DNA of 64,000 bases from contig OZ024763.1 of the NCBI GenBank assembly GCA_964016885.1, forward strand, positions 1,550,001 through 1,614,000. The letters run 5' to 3'. Positions within the stretch are counted from its first letter, which is position 1. Each line of letters begins with the position of its first letter. A program made the translations under genes and the position numbers. Shown here piece after piece: positions 51,555 through 63,451 of this stretch. The stretch comes from Eledone cirrhosa (taxonomy: Eukaryota). The notes under the pieces were generated by a model. It worked only from the letters and a program-made list of their open reading frames with translations, was not told the origin of the DNA and did not search any database.

Positions 51555-52667
51555 CATCATCATCATCACCGTTTTACGTCCGTTCTTCCACGCTAGCATG
51601 GGTTAGACGGGTTGTCCTGTTGTGTGCAGTGTCTGGTCGGCTGACCATGCCCTGCTCATACAGGAACTGATCTGGCTTGATTTCTACAGCTGGATGCCCT
51701 TCCTAACACTAACCTCATTTACAGTGAGTGCTGGGTGCTTTTTCGTGGCGCCTACACGTCCACTTTACAGTGTGGGCTGGGTGCTTTTTTGCCGTGGCAC
51801 CTCCACGACCACCTTGCGGTGGGGGGTGTGGGGGCATATTGTTTATATGCTTCAGCATGTACCCATGGGAGGTCGGGTACTCTGTATTACTGCGTGACGC
51901 CAGAAGTCACGGTTGTGTGTCATTGTCTTTGAGAGGTGTAGTTGGGTAAGGTCGGCTTTTATCACCTCATCCCAGGTCATCTTGGGTCTGCCTACTCCGC
52001 GGTTTCCATCAACTTCTAGTGCTCTGCACCTTTTTATGCAGCTGTCATCCTTCATACGCATCACATGTCCATACCAGCGCAACCGCCTCTCCTGCACACA
52101 GCATTTGATTCCTCTTATGCTCAGTCTCTCTCTCAATTCATTTATGCTTTGTCGTTCACGTATATTACTGTTACACATCCATCGGAGCATGCAGGCTTCG
52201 TTTCTCTCTAATCTACGTAAGTCTTCCACCTTCAGCGCCCAGGTCTCACTACCATGCAACATCGCTGTTCGGATACACGCATCATACAGTCTGCCTTTCA
52301 TTCTGAGGGAGAAGCCTTTTGCAGCTAGCAGTGGTAGTAGTTCCCTAAACTTCTTCCATCCCGTTCTTACCCTAGTTATTGTACTTTCTGAACACCCACC
52401 TCCGTTGCTAATTCGGTCACCTAGGTAGCAGAAGCTGTCTACTGTTTCTACAGGGCCCTCCCAGAGATTGGTGGTACTTGTTTCCTGTGGCTGTTTGCTG
52501 CTTGCTGTTTCAGCACAGCTGCTGCATGTGAATCCTACATTCTTAATTAAGCTTCCTGAGATCCCGCTACATCTCTTGTGTACCCATTGTTTGCATTTGG
52601 GGCAGAGAATGGAGTTCCTACCTACACCTTTCCTACATACTGAGCAAGGCCATTTCCCTGAGGGAAA
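51555..52667 (-). mobile_element. 5'-truncated RTE-clade LINE with intact 3' UTR and (GAT)n tail
   Basis: Uninterrupted reading frame, roughly 300-bp 3' UTR and triplet tail; inserted in a gtgtaaatgagacatatataaac repeat. Confidence 0.9.
51852..52667 (-). CDS. C-terminal part of an RTE LINE polyprotein (PHD-like Cys/His finger, RT thumb, C-terminal domain); no native start
   Basis: WPCSVC...CPKCKQWVHKRC...CSSC; VDSFCYLGD; MLHGSETW; RRLRWYGHV; GRPKMTW. The upstream part of the listed ORF is microsatellite. Confidence 0.85.
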   Translation of the reverse strand, partial: FPSGKWPCSVCRKGVGRNSILCPKCKQWVHKRCSGISGSLIKNVGFTCSSCAETASSKQPQETSTTNLWEGPVETVDSFCYLGDRISNGGGCSESTITRVRTGWKKFRELLPLLAAKGFSLRMKGRLYDACIRTAMLHGSETWALKVEDLRRLERNEACMLRWMCNSNIRERQSINELRERLSIRGIKCCVQERRLRWYGHVMRMKDDSCIKRCRALEVDGNRGVGRPKMTWDEVIKADLTQLHLSKTMTHNRDFWRHAVIQSTRPPMGTC

Positions 52668-53029
52668 TGAGACATATATAAACGTGTGTGTGTGTGTGTA
52701 AATGAGACATATATAAACATGTGTGTGTGTAAATGAGACATATATAAACATGTGTATGTGTGTGTGTGTGTACATATATAAACATGTGTAAATATGTGTG
52801 TGTGTGATACATATAAAACGTGTGTAAATGAGACATATATAAACATGTGTATGTGTGTGTACACGATACATATATATACATGTGTACATATATATACATG
52901 TATATATATATATGAGAGTGTAAAATACTTTAATTATCCATTGATTTTACATGTGTATCAAATTGCTGTTTTGTTTAAAACTAAATAAAACTTATTGATC
53001 AAACTGAAAAATTGTTAAAACCTGTGTAG

Positions 53030-53850
53030 TCTCTCTCTATCTCCCCCTCTTTCCTCTTCCTTTCACTCCTATTTCTCCCCTCTCCCTCTCCTTCTCATCT
53101 TTCTCTCTCCTCTTCCCTCCTCCCCATTCCTCATCTTTCTCTTTCCTCTTCCCCATTCCTCATCTTTCTCTCTCCTCTTCTCTCCTCCCCCTTCCTCATC
53201 TTTCTCTTGCCTCTTCCCCCATCTTTCTCTCTCCTCTTCCCTCCTCCCCATTCCTCATCTTTCTCTTGCTTCTTCCCTCCTACCCCATCTTTCTCTCTCC
53301 TCTTCCCTCCTCCCCATTCCTCATCTTTCTCTCTCCTCTTCCCTCCTCCCCCTTCCTCATCTTACTCTTGCCTCTTCCCTCCTCCCCCATCTTTCTCTCT
53401 CCTCTTCCCTCCTCCCCATTCCTCATCTTTCTCTTTCCTCTTCCCTCCTCCCCCTTCCTCATCTTACTCTTGCCTCTTCCCTCCTCCCTCATCTTTCTCT
53501 CTCCCCTTCCCTCCTCCCCATTCCTCATCTTTCTCTCTCCTCTTCCCTCCTCCCCCATCTTTCTCTCTCCTCTTTCCTCCTCCTCTTCCCTACTCTTCCC
53601 TCTTTCTCTCTCCTCTTCCCTACTCCCCCATCTTTCTCTCTCCTCTTCCCTACTCCCCCATCTTTCTCTCTCCTCTTCCCTCCTCCCCATTCCTCATCTT
53701 TCTCTCTCCTCTTCCTTCCTCCCCATCTCTGTGTTCCATATTCCTCTTTTACACCCCTCTCTTTCTTCCTCCTCACATCTCCATTTCCCCCTCTTTCTCC
53801 CCCTCCTTGATTTAGTTAATCACATGCTTTCTCTCTCTCTCTCTCTCTCT
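53030..53850. repeat. Polypyrimidine minisatellite (about 39-bp ctcctcttccctcctccccattcctcatcttt units)
   Basis: Seen directly. Confidence 0.9.
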
Positions 53851-54040
53851 CATATTCCCTAATTTTCCCTTGATACAATTTGTTTATCATTGCATTGATG
53901 GAGATTCCAAATAATTTACACACACACACACACGTGTTTACATATATGTGTGTATATATATATATATGTGTGTGTGTGTGTATATATGTATGTGTATATA
54001 TATATATACACACACACATATATATATACACTCAAAAAAT

Positions 54041-54108
<68 letters not shown>

Positions 54109-54129
54109 GTATAGATAATATACACTCAC

Positions 54130-54264
54130 ACAGCCCAAAGAATGGAAAAAGATCATCCATTTTGTATCATGGAGACATCTCGATATTTTCGTAGTAAAAC
54201 CTCCTCCAAATACAACCCAAGGGATATTATGGTTTTCCACACGACGACCATAAAAATAATTTAA
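54130..54264 (-). other. Candidate 135-nt exon of an unidentified gene
   Basis: Acceptor tttcttttatctctttccaag, donor GTGAGT; phase 0 open (LNYFYGRRVENHNIPWVVFGGG...LGC); also an internal aaaATGG. No recognised homology. Confidence 0.3.
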
Positions 54265-54930
54265 CTTGGAAAGAGATAAAAGAAATGTCTTTTTTCTTTT
54301 TCTCCTTGTTTTATTAACCGACAGGCACACGGTGTATTGAAAAATCGAATATAGGAATAAGAATAGAAAAATAAGAATAAGAATAGAGAAAAGTAAGAAA
54401 ATGAACACAAATATAGGAATAAGAATAGTGAAAAGTAAGAATAAGAATAGAGAAAAGTAAGAAAATGAACACAAATATAGGAATAATAATAGAGAAAAGT
54501 AAAAAAAACGAACAAGAATAACAGTAATATTCACTAGATATACAAAAGATCTGTGGAATTAAACTCCTCGTTCGTTAAATAAACTTGTAAAGTTTAGAAT
54601 AAACATGAAGGTTTTAATTTTAGATTCTATAAACAAAAGAAGGAAAATGCTTAAATGGATTCTTTGTAGGTAAATCTTAGACATTTCTGTCCGAGATAAA
54701 CAGCTATGTTGTTGTTGTTGTTATTGGTGGTGGTGAGTTTGATTTTTGCAGCTGTGGTTAATTCAGAGAGTAACTGGATTACATTTACATGTGTGTGTGT
54801 ATATATAAACAATGAGTTAATTTATAACAAATTAGAAGCACTCAACAATTTTCTTCTGGAGTATAATATCAATATAACATTAATAAATGGAAACTATCTT
54901 TATAAAACCATATTTATTTTATTATATGTA

Positions 54931-55989
54931 CTAGCAGAATGGCCCGGCGCTGCTCGGGATTCTAAACATAGATTGGCATGTTTATCCCCCCCTTTCGGAA
55001 ACAGTTTCGTCGTATGTTCACCAATTGATGCAGAAGTCCTAATAAAAAGTCAAGTCGCCTTGGGTGAATAGGCAAATAATTTTCCATTAAGATTTTTCAA
55101 AAGCATGTAATTGCGTTCCCTCTCTTTTTTTTTGTTGTTTTTTGCTGCTGTCGAGCCTCGTGAAATAAATACGTTTGTTTATATTTTGTTATTGTGTATG
55201 CAAAAATATCTGTACACGAATATATTATAAATATATATATATATATATATATATTAAAATAACAGATTAAAGTTTAAGCAAAGAATCGCTGCTTTCACCC
55301 TTAACGGGGTCTTCTGAAACTAAAAAAAATTAATCTGTGAACGTAGAAGTAAATATTTCGAAAAACGTTACACACTATATATATATTTCCACCTACCCCC
55401 CACTCTCCTGAGCGTGAATTTAATAAACATTTATCGTACTGCCTCTCTGTTCTGTCCCTGTTCAATTTTTCATTATATATATATATATATATATATATAT
55501 CTAAAACAGAGAATGTCTGTCTGTCTGACTCCCTAAAACTCGAGAACCACCCGACCTATTTTTTTCAAGCTTTACACATGTAATACGTATGGTCGTGTGA
55601 GTGTTTTGAGCAAAAAATATTTCAAATTTTCAATGCCCTAGGGACCGTATTAGGCGCCGTTTAGCGATCTCTCTGTCTTTCTTAGATAGATACATAGCTA
55701 TGACGTCGCACCTTTATAATATCTGTTTATATGTCTGACTGTCTGCATTACGACACAGATATTATAAGGGTGCGACGTCATAGCTATGTATCTATCTAAG
55801 AAAGACAGAGAGATCGCTAAACGGCGCCTAATACGGTCCCTAGGGCATTGAAAATTTTAAATATTTTTTGCTCAAAACACTCACACGACCATACGTATTA
55901 CATGTGTAAAGTTTGAAAAAAATAGGTCGGGTGGTTCTCGAGTTTTAGGGAGTCAGACAGACAGACATTCTCTGTTTTAGATATATAGA
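54931..55989 (-). mobile_element. Non-autonomous Helitron
   Basis: Minus strand: A|TCTATATATCTAAAACAG...tgtctgtctgtc 5' end; 3' GC hairpin cccgagcagcgccggg, then CTAG|T; no TSD. Confidence 0.8.
55494..55987. repeat. 233-bp inverted repeat with a 28-bp spacer
   Basis: Arms 55494-55726 and 55755-55987, 3 mismatches counted. Confidence 0.95.
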
Positions 55990-56559
55990 TTTCAAGTGTA
56001 CCAGTATTTTGGTACGCTATCGTCAGATACAATGCAATAATTGGTTTACAGGTAATGGCATATCTCTCTCTCTCTCTACACACACACCTTTTGTCGCATC
56101 ACCAGTCGGAGGAGCAGATCGATACTGGAGTCGGGCCCATAACTCCTATGGGTCACCTTGAGCCAATCCTCTGCGAAACGCGCGTGACAGGTCGATACGC
56201 AATAAATATACTTCATATGTAAACAAAACTTTCTCCCCCCCCCCCTCTCTGTGCGCACAAAAGGCAAACAGAAATAGCAAACATCACAGTATAACTCTGT
56301 ATATTTAGTATGTTATCTTCTTTACAACGATATATCTATAGTTACTGAACTTAAATATATCATTTACAATTATTAATTACTATTTTAGGCTTCCATAATA
56401 TTAACATTTTCTTTAATATATTTTTTTATGGTTTTTATTTACAACGTTACACGAATTCACAACATTTCTCCCAATGGACTTTGAGTATTTCTTCCAAGAA
56501 TGAACTTTATTTCATTCTTATGAGTCAGTCTACTTGATGTTTTAAAAATAACCCTTGTC

Positions 56560-56591
<32 letters not shown>

Positions 56592-56827
56592 CATGTGACC
56601 AACTATGGTTACAGGTAGCGTGCCGTTCGAAGCACTCAATGCTGTTACGAGATGTCTTTGCACATATAAACTCGTATATTTGACGAGATGTCGAAGAAAG
56701 GTCTGGTCCCGCTACTTTGATTGTATCTTGAGCTGATACATATCGAAACATTTGTAATGACAACGTTTGTACATTTTCTGCAACACTGACTTTGATTCTA
56801 TTCTCTCTCTCTCTCTCTCCCTCTCTC

Positions 56828-57117
56828 TGCGATGGTACGTGGCTTTTTGGTTAAGGAATTCGGCTCACGATTGTGAGTTCGATTCACGGCGGCGCGTTGT
56901 GTCCTTGAGCAAGACACTTTATTTCACGTTGCTCAGCTGGCAAAAATTGAGTTGTACCTGTAATTCTAAGGACCAGCCTTGTCACATTCTGTGTCACGCC
57001 GAATCTCGCTGAGAACTACATAAAGGGTACACGTGCTTGTGGAATGCTCAGCCACTTGCACGTTAATTTCACAAGCTGGCTGTTTCGTTGATTGGATCAA
57101 CTGGAGCGCTCGACGTC
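56828..57117 (+). mobile_element. CORE-like tRNA SINE variant
   Basis: gagttcgattc B box and gtgtccttgagcaagacactttatttcacgttgctc; distinct tail. Confidence 0.7.
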
Positions 57118-57130
57118 TTATATACATACA

Positions 57131-57860
57131 CAGGGTGGTGCAAAACCTTCGAGAGGAAAACCGTTTATGTAAGAGACGATAATTTTTTTATTTTATTTAC
57201 ACAACATTCATTCATTAACACAAACATTATTAATACACAACAACAACAACAAATAAAAGTTTACAATAATTATTTAAACTGATTCCTCCCAACATTCATT
57301 ATATTTCGGATACGGGGTCGATAAAATAAAGTACCAGTAATGCACTGGATAATTGCTGGCCTTGTGCCTAAAGTAGAAACAATTATATTTCGGAAAACGA
57401 AACCAAAGACATTTTTGTAGAATTATTCAAGACTTCAGTGGTAATTTTTGAATATTAACCCTTTAGCATTTGCATTAATCTCATCATCATCGTTTTACGT
57501 CCGTTCTTCCACGCTAGCATGGGTTAGACGAGTTAGTACTCTATGTATACTAGCATGGGTTAGACGGGTTAGTACTCTATGTATACTATTAGATTTTTAT
57601 GGTAAAGGCTTTACCTCACATAATATCGATTCTATGAGATTTTGATATTATTTATTTTGAGAACAATACCCTAACATAAGTATGAGGTGAGAGCCATCTG
57701 GCCGGATATGGCCTGTTTAAATGCCAAAGTGTTAAACTCTTATGTTTTTCTTTAATTCTTCAACACTTCTCGGCCGAGTTGTATAGACAACGGACTCAAG
57801 ATGTCACCCGCTCCCCTTAAGAAAATGTCAAGGAGGGGTAAGGTATTTTGTGCCACCCTG
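57131..57860. mobile_element. Tc1-like non-autonomous element with nested insertions
   Basis: TIRs cagggtggtgcaaaa / ttttgtgccaccctg-TA; contains a SINE tail at 57311-57385 (TSD attatatttcgga) and a piggyBac-like MITE at 57459-57731 carrying an RTE tail. Confidence 0.7.
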
Positions 57861-58179
57861 TATGTCACACACATGCGCGCACTTGCGGTTCAATCATGAA
57901 TTACCGTCCTTTGTATTTTTCCCATAATTCAATCGAGCACTTGAATGTGACGTCACACACTGAAATAAGAGGTTCATTTACGCCATCGTTAAAACCGTTC
58001 GAAGCAATAGGTGGATCTCTATGAAATCACCCCACTTATGTCTTAAATCAAGGAAGATTGCGCTGTGTAACATAGTTTTAAAGATACACCGGCTTAACAT
58101 TTATAAAAGGCCTGGACATAAATTGAACAGAAAACTGAGTCGAATTAAAAGAAAAAGTCCTAGACATGAATTGAACCGA

Positions 58180-58290
58180 ATAATAATTGTTTCTACTTTA
58201 GGCACAAGGCCAGCAATAACCCAGTGTATTACTGGTACTTTATTTTATCGACCCCGTAAGGATGAAAGGCAAAATTAACCTCGACGGGAA
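58180..58290 (-). mobile_element. 5'-truncated SINE family 1 with a 20-bp flanking direct repeat
   Basis: gaattgaaccgaataataat on both sides. Confidence 0.85.
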
Positions 58291-59789
58291 TTGAACCGAA
58301 TAATAATAAAACGGGATGGACATTGACTAGAAAATGTAGCCAAATAAAAAAAATGCCTGGACATTGAGTAGAAAATTTAGCCAAATAAAAAAACGCCTCG
58401 ATATTAGTTGAGCAGAAAATTAAATTGAGCCGGATAAAAAGACATTGAGCTGAATATTTAAAAAATGGTCAGCAGGACATTGAGTAAAAAAATTGAGCCA
58501 GGTATAAAAAAAAAGGTCTGGAGATTGAATCAAATGTTTGTAAAGATAGCCCACTGTTTTCAACGCCTCTTGCTTAATGAATGAGCTGTAAAGACTTAAT
58601 AAGTGATATGTACTTGACAAGGAAATTTTCATGGTTCATGGAGAATACAGAACTGGGTACCTATTGTATTATTTCGGGTACTTTTTGTTGTTATTGTTGT
58701 TTCCCGACATCTTCTCCTTGGCTTGATACAGGCCAAATGTCCACTATATATGTTTGGGAACTCTGAACCTAAATAGACCGAAACATGTATAACAAAACAT
58801 AGATTTCTTTTTGTTTTTAAATAATTCTGGATCGTAACTTAACGGATTTTACCTCAGAACGACATTATATATATATATATATATAAACACATCTAGTGAG
58901 TACCTATCTTTATTTACCAATATATAATACGGCTTCAGGCTAACGTAATTGGTCTCCCGTTGTGTATCATTAGAAAAGAAATGACAGGTTATAAATATTC
59001 AAATGACATAGGCCAAATAAATGTGTGATTAACTTTAGAGAAATAACTATTTACAGGGACATATGTAAGGTTTTGAACCCCCAAAACCTTTTGATTGGAA
59101 AGTAAACTTATTGTAGATACAATACTGAGATAGGAAATACATTGTTTATGGATGTATGTGAGCAAATTTTAAAGAGTTTCCTGAAACCTTTGGTAATGGA
59201 ATAATTATATTGTTGTTTATCATGTAATAAAATATTTCTGGCAATATTATAACAATATGACCCTCCCTAAGTATAACAATATATATATATATACAGCTGT
59301 ATATATATTATATATATTATATATATATGTAAAAGGTAAACAGAAATAACGACAGAATCGGTACAGTATATGGAAGGGATATATTAGGTTACTGGTATAT
59401 ATGGTCATTGTTGACAACAACGAATTGGTACACAATTTATAACATTGTTTAATAGATATACACAGCGTTAATTCAACACACCTTGGATAATATTATTGAG
59501 AGAGAAAGAAAATATAATAGAAATAAGACGATATCTCCATTAAAATCTTCGGTACTTGAGTCTAAAGAATGAAATATGAGACGATTCGTGTCCAATCTTA
59601 GATGGTAAACTTACATAAAATTAACCGATTTGAACTTATGTTTATATAACATCTCTTGTATAAACAATCTCCACTTAATTCAGAATATATCACAAATATC
59701 ACAATTATTTTGGAGGGGAGGGGTTCTTTTGTTTTTTTTAGACAATTATTTTTGTATTTTTGGTAGTTGTATTGGTGTATGTATGTGTG

Positions 59790-59941
59790 CAAGGGTCTTG
59801 TTTCAGGGAGTACCAAGGGACAAGTCCCCCCCTCCCACTGAACCACGGGCCTTGTTTCAGGGGGTACCAGGGGACAAGTCCCCCTCCTGAATCAAGGGCC
59901 TTGTTTCAGGGGGGGGTACCAGGGGTCAAGCCCCCCCCCCA
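59790..59941. repeat. Three copies of a roughly 52-bp GC-rich unit
   Basis: gggccttgtttcagggggtaccaggggacaagtccccc variants. Confidence 0.85.
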
Positions 59942-60164
59942 CTTTTTCAAATGTCTATATTTTATTTTTTGTTTATTTGATATAATAAATTCTTTTTAAG
60001 CTTCTTTTTTTATATCTGAATTTCATTTGAATATATCAAATTTTACTTATGTGATAGGGTCCGGGAAAGGCGCCATAAGCAATTTAAGCTCCTTTAAGAA
60101 TCAACAAATGTTGGTTTGTCGTCCCCCCCCCCCTCACATTTTTAAGGCAAACGAGGCCTCTATA

Positions 60165-60630
60165 TGTGCTACTGGTAACATGTAACCCAGTACAATCTGT
60201 CTCGTGGTCGGGTCGTCGGCGACTAAACCGATAACCCTACCAAGCTTGGTGAGGAGGGTGATATTTGGACACCCTGCAGGATGAAATACAAGACCTGGTA
60301 AATGGCGGAGGAACTCAGTAGAGTCAACGGCCATCCAAATAGTAGTTTTTTTTTTTTTTTTTCACTTCACCTGGGAGTGGAAGGTCCCCAGTTGTTGTCA
60401 CAACACCTTTCTAAGAGAGGGAAACTCTGAAAAAAAATCCTGTGGCTTCGGAAGCATCCGATGATGTTGACCAGTTCTCCTTTTTCGGGTAGTGTTTTCG
60501 ATGCTCAGAGAGTGGGATGGTCGAGTGCTAGGCCTTTCCTCACTTAAAACACCTTCAAAGCACAGGCATTGCTTGTCCAGGATATGTTAGGGGTTTGTGT
60601 GGCTGGCCGTAGCCTAAAGGTGCACCATTT
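60165..60630 (+). mobile_element. Probable RTE LINE 5' UTR fragment
   Basis: GC-richer block containing gagagggaaactctgaaaaaaaatcc, which resembles the GAAGGAAAACTCTGA..AAACC motif of RTE 5' UTRs as I recall it. Confidence 0.4.
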
Positions 60631-61087
60631 TCTGTAATCTGACAAGCGATTGCAATACTCTTAGCAGAGTTTTCAGCCATCATGTGTATGCATGTGCAAT
60701 TTTGTGGCTGTATGTATGTATGTGAGTTTATATAGTTATGTATGCATTTATCTATGTACGCGTTATATATATACAGGGTGTCTCAAAAATGTATATACTA
60801 TTCTGATAAATACTGTCTGTACAGGTAATCAAAGTGTGTATACATTTTTGCGGGACACACTATATATATATATATATATATTAATTTCAGAAGATCCCGT
60901 TAAGGGTGAAAGCAGCGATTCTTTGCTTAAACTTTCATCTGTTATTTTAATAAATATTTGCTCTAGGGTTCTTATATATTTGATATATATTTATCCTTAT
61001 CGAGCCCTCTTTGGATTTTAGTCTTCAAATTTATTATTATTACTATATATATGTTCGTAACCTTTTCTAATATTGTGTGTGTGTGTG

Positions 61088-61198
<111 letters not shown>

Positions 61199-61217
61199 TA
61201 TATATATATATATACAG

Positions 61218-61253
<36 letters not shown>

Positions 61254-61427
61254 GGGTGTCCCTCCAAAAATGTATACACACTTCAACAACATTCTAATAA
61301 ATATTACCTGTACAGGTAATCAAAGTGTGTATACATTCTTGGAGAATGTCCTTGATTTTCTTTTCTAATATTGTATAAAATAAGATAATGTTGACATATC
61401 TCTATGATCTCACCAGTAGTCCTACAT

Positions 61428-61550
61428 CAGGGTTTCCCAACCTGGGCGATATCGCCCAACGGTGGGCGATTTCAAATATCGGGTGGGCGATGAACAAATT
61501 TTTAGGAAATAGCGGGCGATCTAAAATTTTGGTGGGCGACAAAGGATTTT
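61428..61550. mobile_element. hAT-type element end
   Basis: cagggtttcccaacctggg start with subterminal gggcga repeats; no second end seen. Confidence 0.55.
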
Positions 61551-61552
61551 CG

Positions 61553-61835
61553 GTAATTAAGTACATTACTGGTACTTTATTTTATCGACCCCGTAAGGAT
61601 GAAAGGCAAAGTCAACCTCGGCGAGATTTGAACTCAGTCCGTAAAGGGACGTAACTATGCTGCAAAGTATGGCGTCCGACCCTCTACCGATACTGCCAAT
61701 CCGCCGCTATTATTGATCTGAGTTCAAATCCCGCCGAGGTTGACTTTGCCTTTCATCCTTACGGGGTCGATAAAATAAAGTACCAGCAATGCACTGGGTA
61801 ATTGCTGGCCTTGTGCCTAAAGTAGAAACAATTAT
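61553..61835. mobile_element. Two divergent SINE family 1 copies (61553-61708 minus, 61715-61835 plus)
   Basis: The second copy is flanked by attattgatc. Confidence 0.85.
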
Positions 61836-62563
61836 TGATCATATATTGGCCGGTATGCTGTAATCACAGAGTTCGGGTTCGCTCTTCCCTAAGGAAGTAG
61901 TATCCAGCTGTATGACTGTAATTCATGTTTTCTGACGGGGGAGATCTCCCACCCACTTTGGGATGACCAACGGAAACAGTGTTTCCTCGGTCCAATCTGA
62001 CGAAAGTCGAACTTCAACAGCATTCTAATAAATATGTATATACATTTTTTTAAACACCCTGTATATAACAAAAAAAGAAGGCTATATCCAATTTTAGCTG
62101 CCTAAATGCCGCTTACTTGCTGCAGTTGCTGCTTACTTCAATGTATGAGGCTATTCCAACAAATTTACATTCCCCCTTTTTTTAGCCGTTAAAAGAAATA
62201 TAGATTTATTTATTTTTATTTTTTTTGCGATTTATTTGCCACTGGGGCATAGATTTCTTTATTTGCCCCTTTTTTGTTTGTTTGTTTGTTTTTTTTTGCG
62301 TTTTATTAGCCTTTTGGGGTCACACACGCCCCCGTAGAAAGTGTGCGACCTTTCTGCCAAAGAGCACAGAGAGGGGGGGGTGCTCCCTTCTTCTCTTACC
62401 TGTACAAGCCGATATATAGAGATGGCCCACTTACACGGGCCATTATTGCTACTTTCACCCATCTTTCATGGAATTGGCTGGACTGAGTGCCTTTTTCGGG
62501 TGAAAGTAGCAATAACTAATTATATATATATATATATTCGCTAAAACAATTTCTGTTCCTTTC

Positions 62564-62601
<38 letters not shown>

Positions 62602-62606
<5 letters not shown>

Positions 62607-62717
62607 AACAAGTAAGACCCCGATGGCTGAGCTCAAGCCGTTTCGACGGCTAATTCTGTACAGAATTAGCCGTCGAAACGGCTTGAGCTCAGCCGTCGGG
62701 GTCTTACTCGTTCCTAT
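62602..62717. repeat. 116-bp spacerless palindrome
   Basis: Centre ctgt|acag at 62659/62660; 2 mismatches. Confidence 0.95.
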
Positions 62718-63144
62718 TACCCACTCTGCTACCCTAAGTATTGAGTACTTTGGTGCGTTATGGTCCACCTGGTTCCTTACCACATTTCCTCCGTTATATA
62801 TATATATAGTTACAACAGTGAGTTGAGTTATACACGCTAACTCATTCAAGCAGTTAATATATTCTAAGAGGAACATAATATTCTTTTTTTGTTATATACA
62901 GGGTGTTTAAAAAAATGTATATACATATTTATTAGAATGCTGTTGAAGTGTGTATACATTTTTTAGACTATATATGTGTGTGTGTATATATGTGTATATA
63001 TATATATATATGTGTGTATATATGTGTGTGTATAAATATATATATATATATATATGTGTGTATATATAAGTATGTGTGTGTATATATATATACAGGGTGT
63101 CTCAAAATGAATTACACGATTTCTTTACAATTTTTACAAATGTT

Positions 63145-63198
<54 letters not shown>

Positions 63199-63404
63199 GT
63201 ATAAGAAGTGTTTAAAAGTTATAGAAAAAACGTATTTAGACATTTATAGTACAATTTACCGTAAGATAATGGTCATTAGATTTTTGATACATACGTATAT
63301 ATATATATCTATATATATATGCATGTATATACGGGGTGTCTCAAATGTATATACACATATTTATTAGAATGCTCTGGAAGTGTGTATAGATTTTTTGGGA
63401 CACC

Positions 63405-63451
<47 letters not shown>

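Noticed and set aside
56140-56220. Minus-strand IDLSRAF/RGLAQGDP as LINE RT motifs
   Set aside because: The two motifs are adjacent, without the roughly 60-70 residues normally between them, and a stop follows; probably chance.
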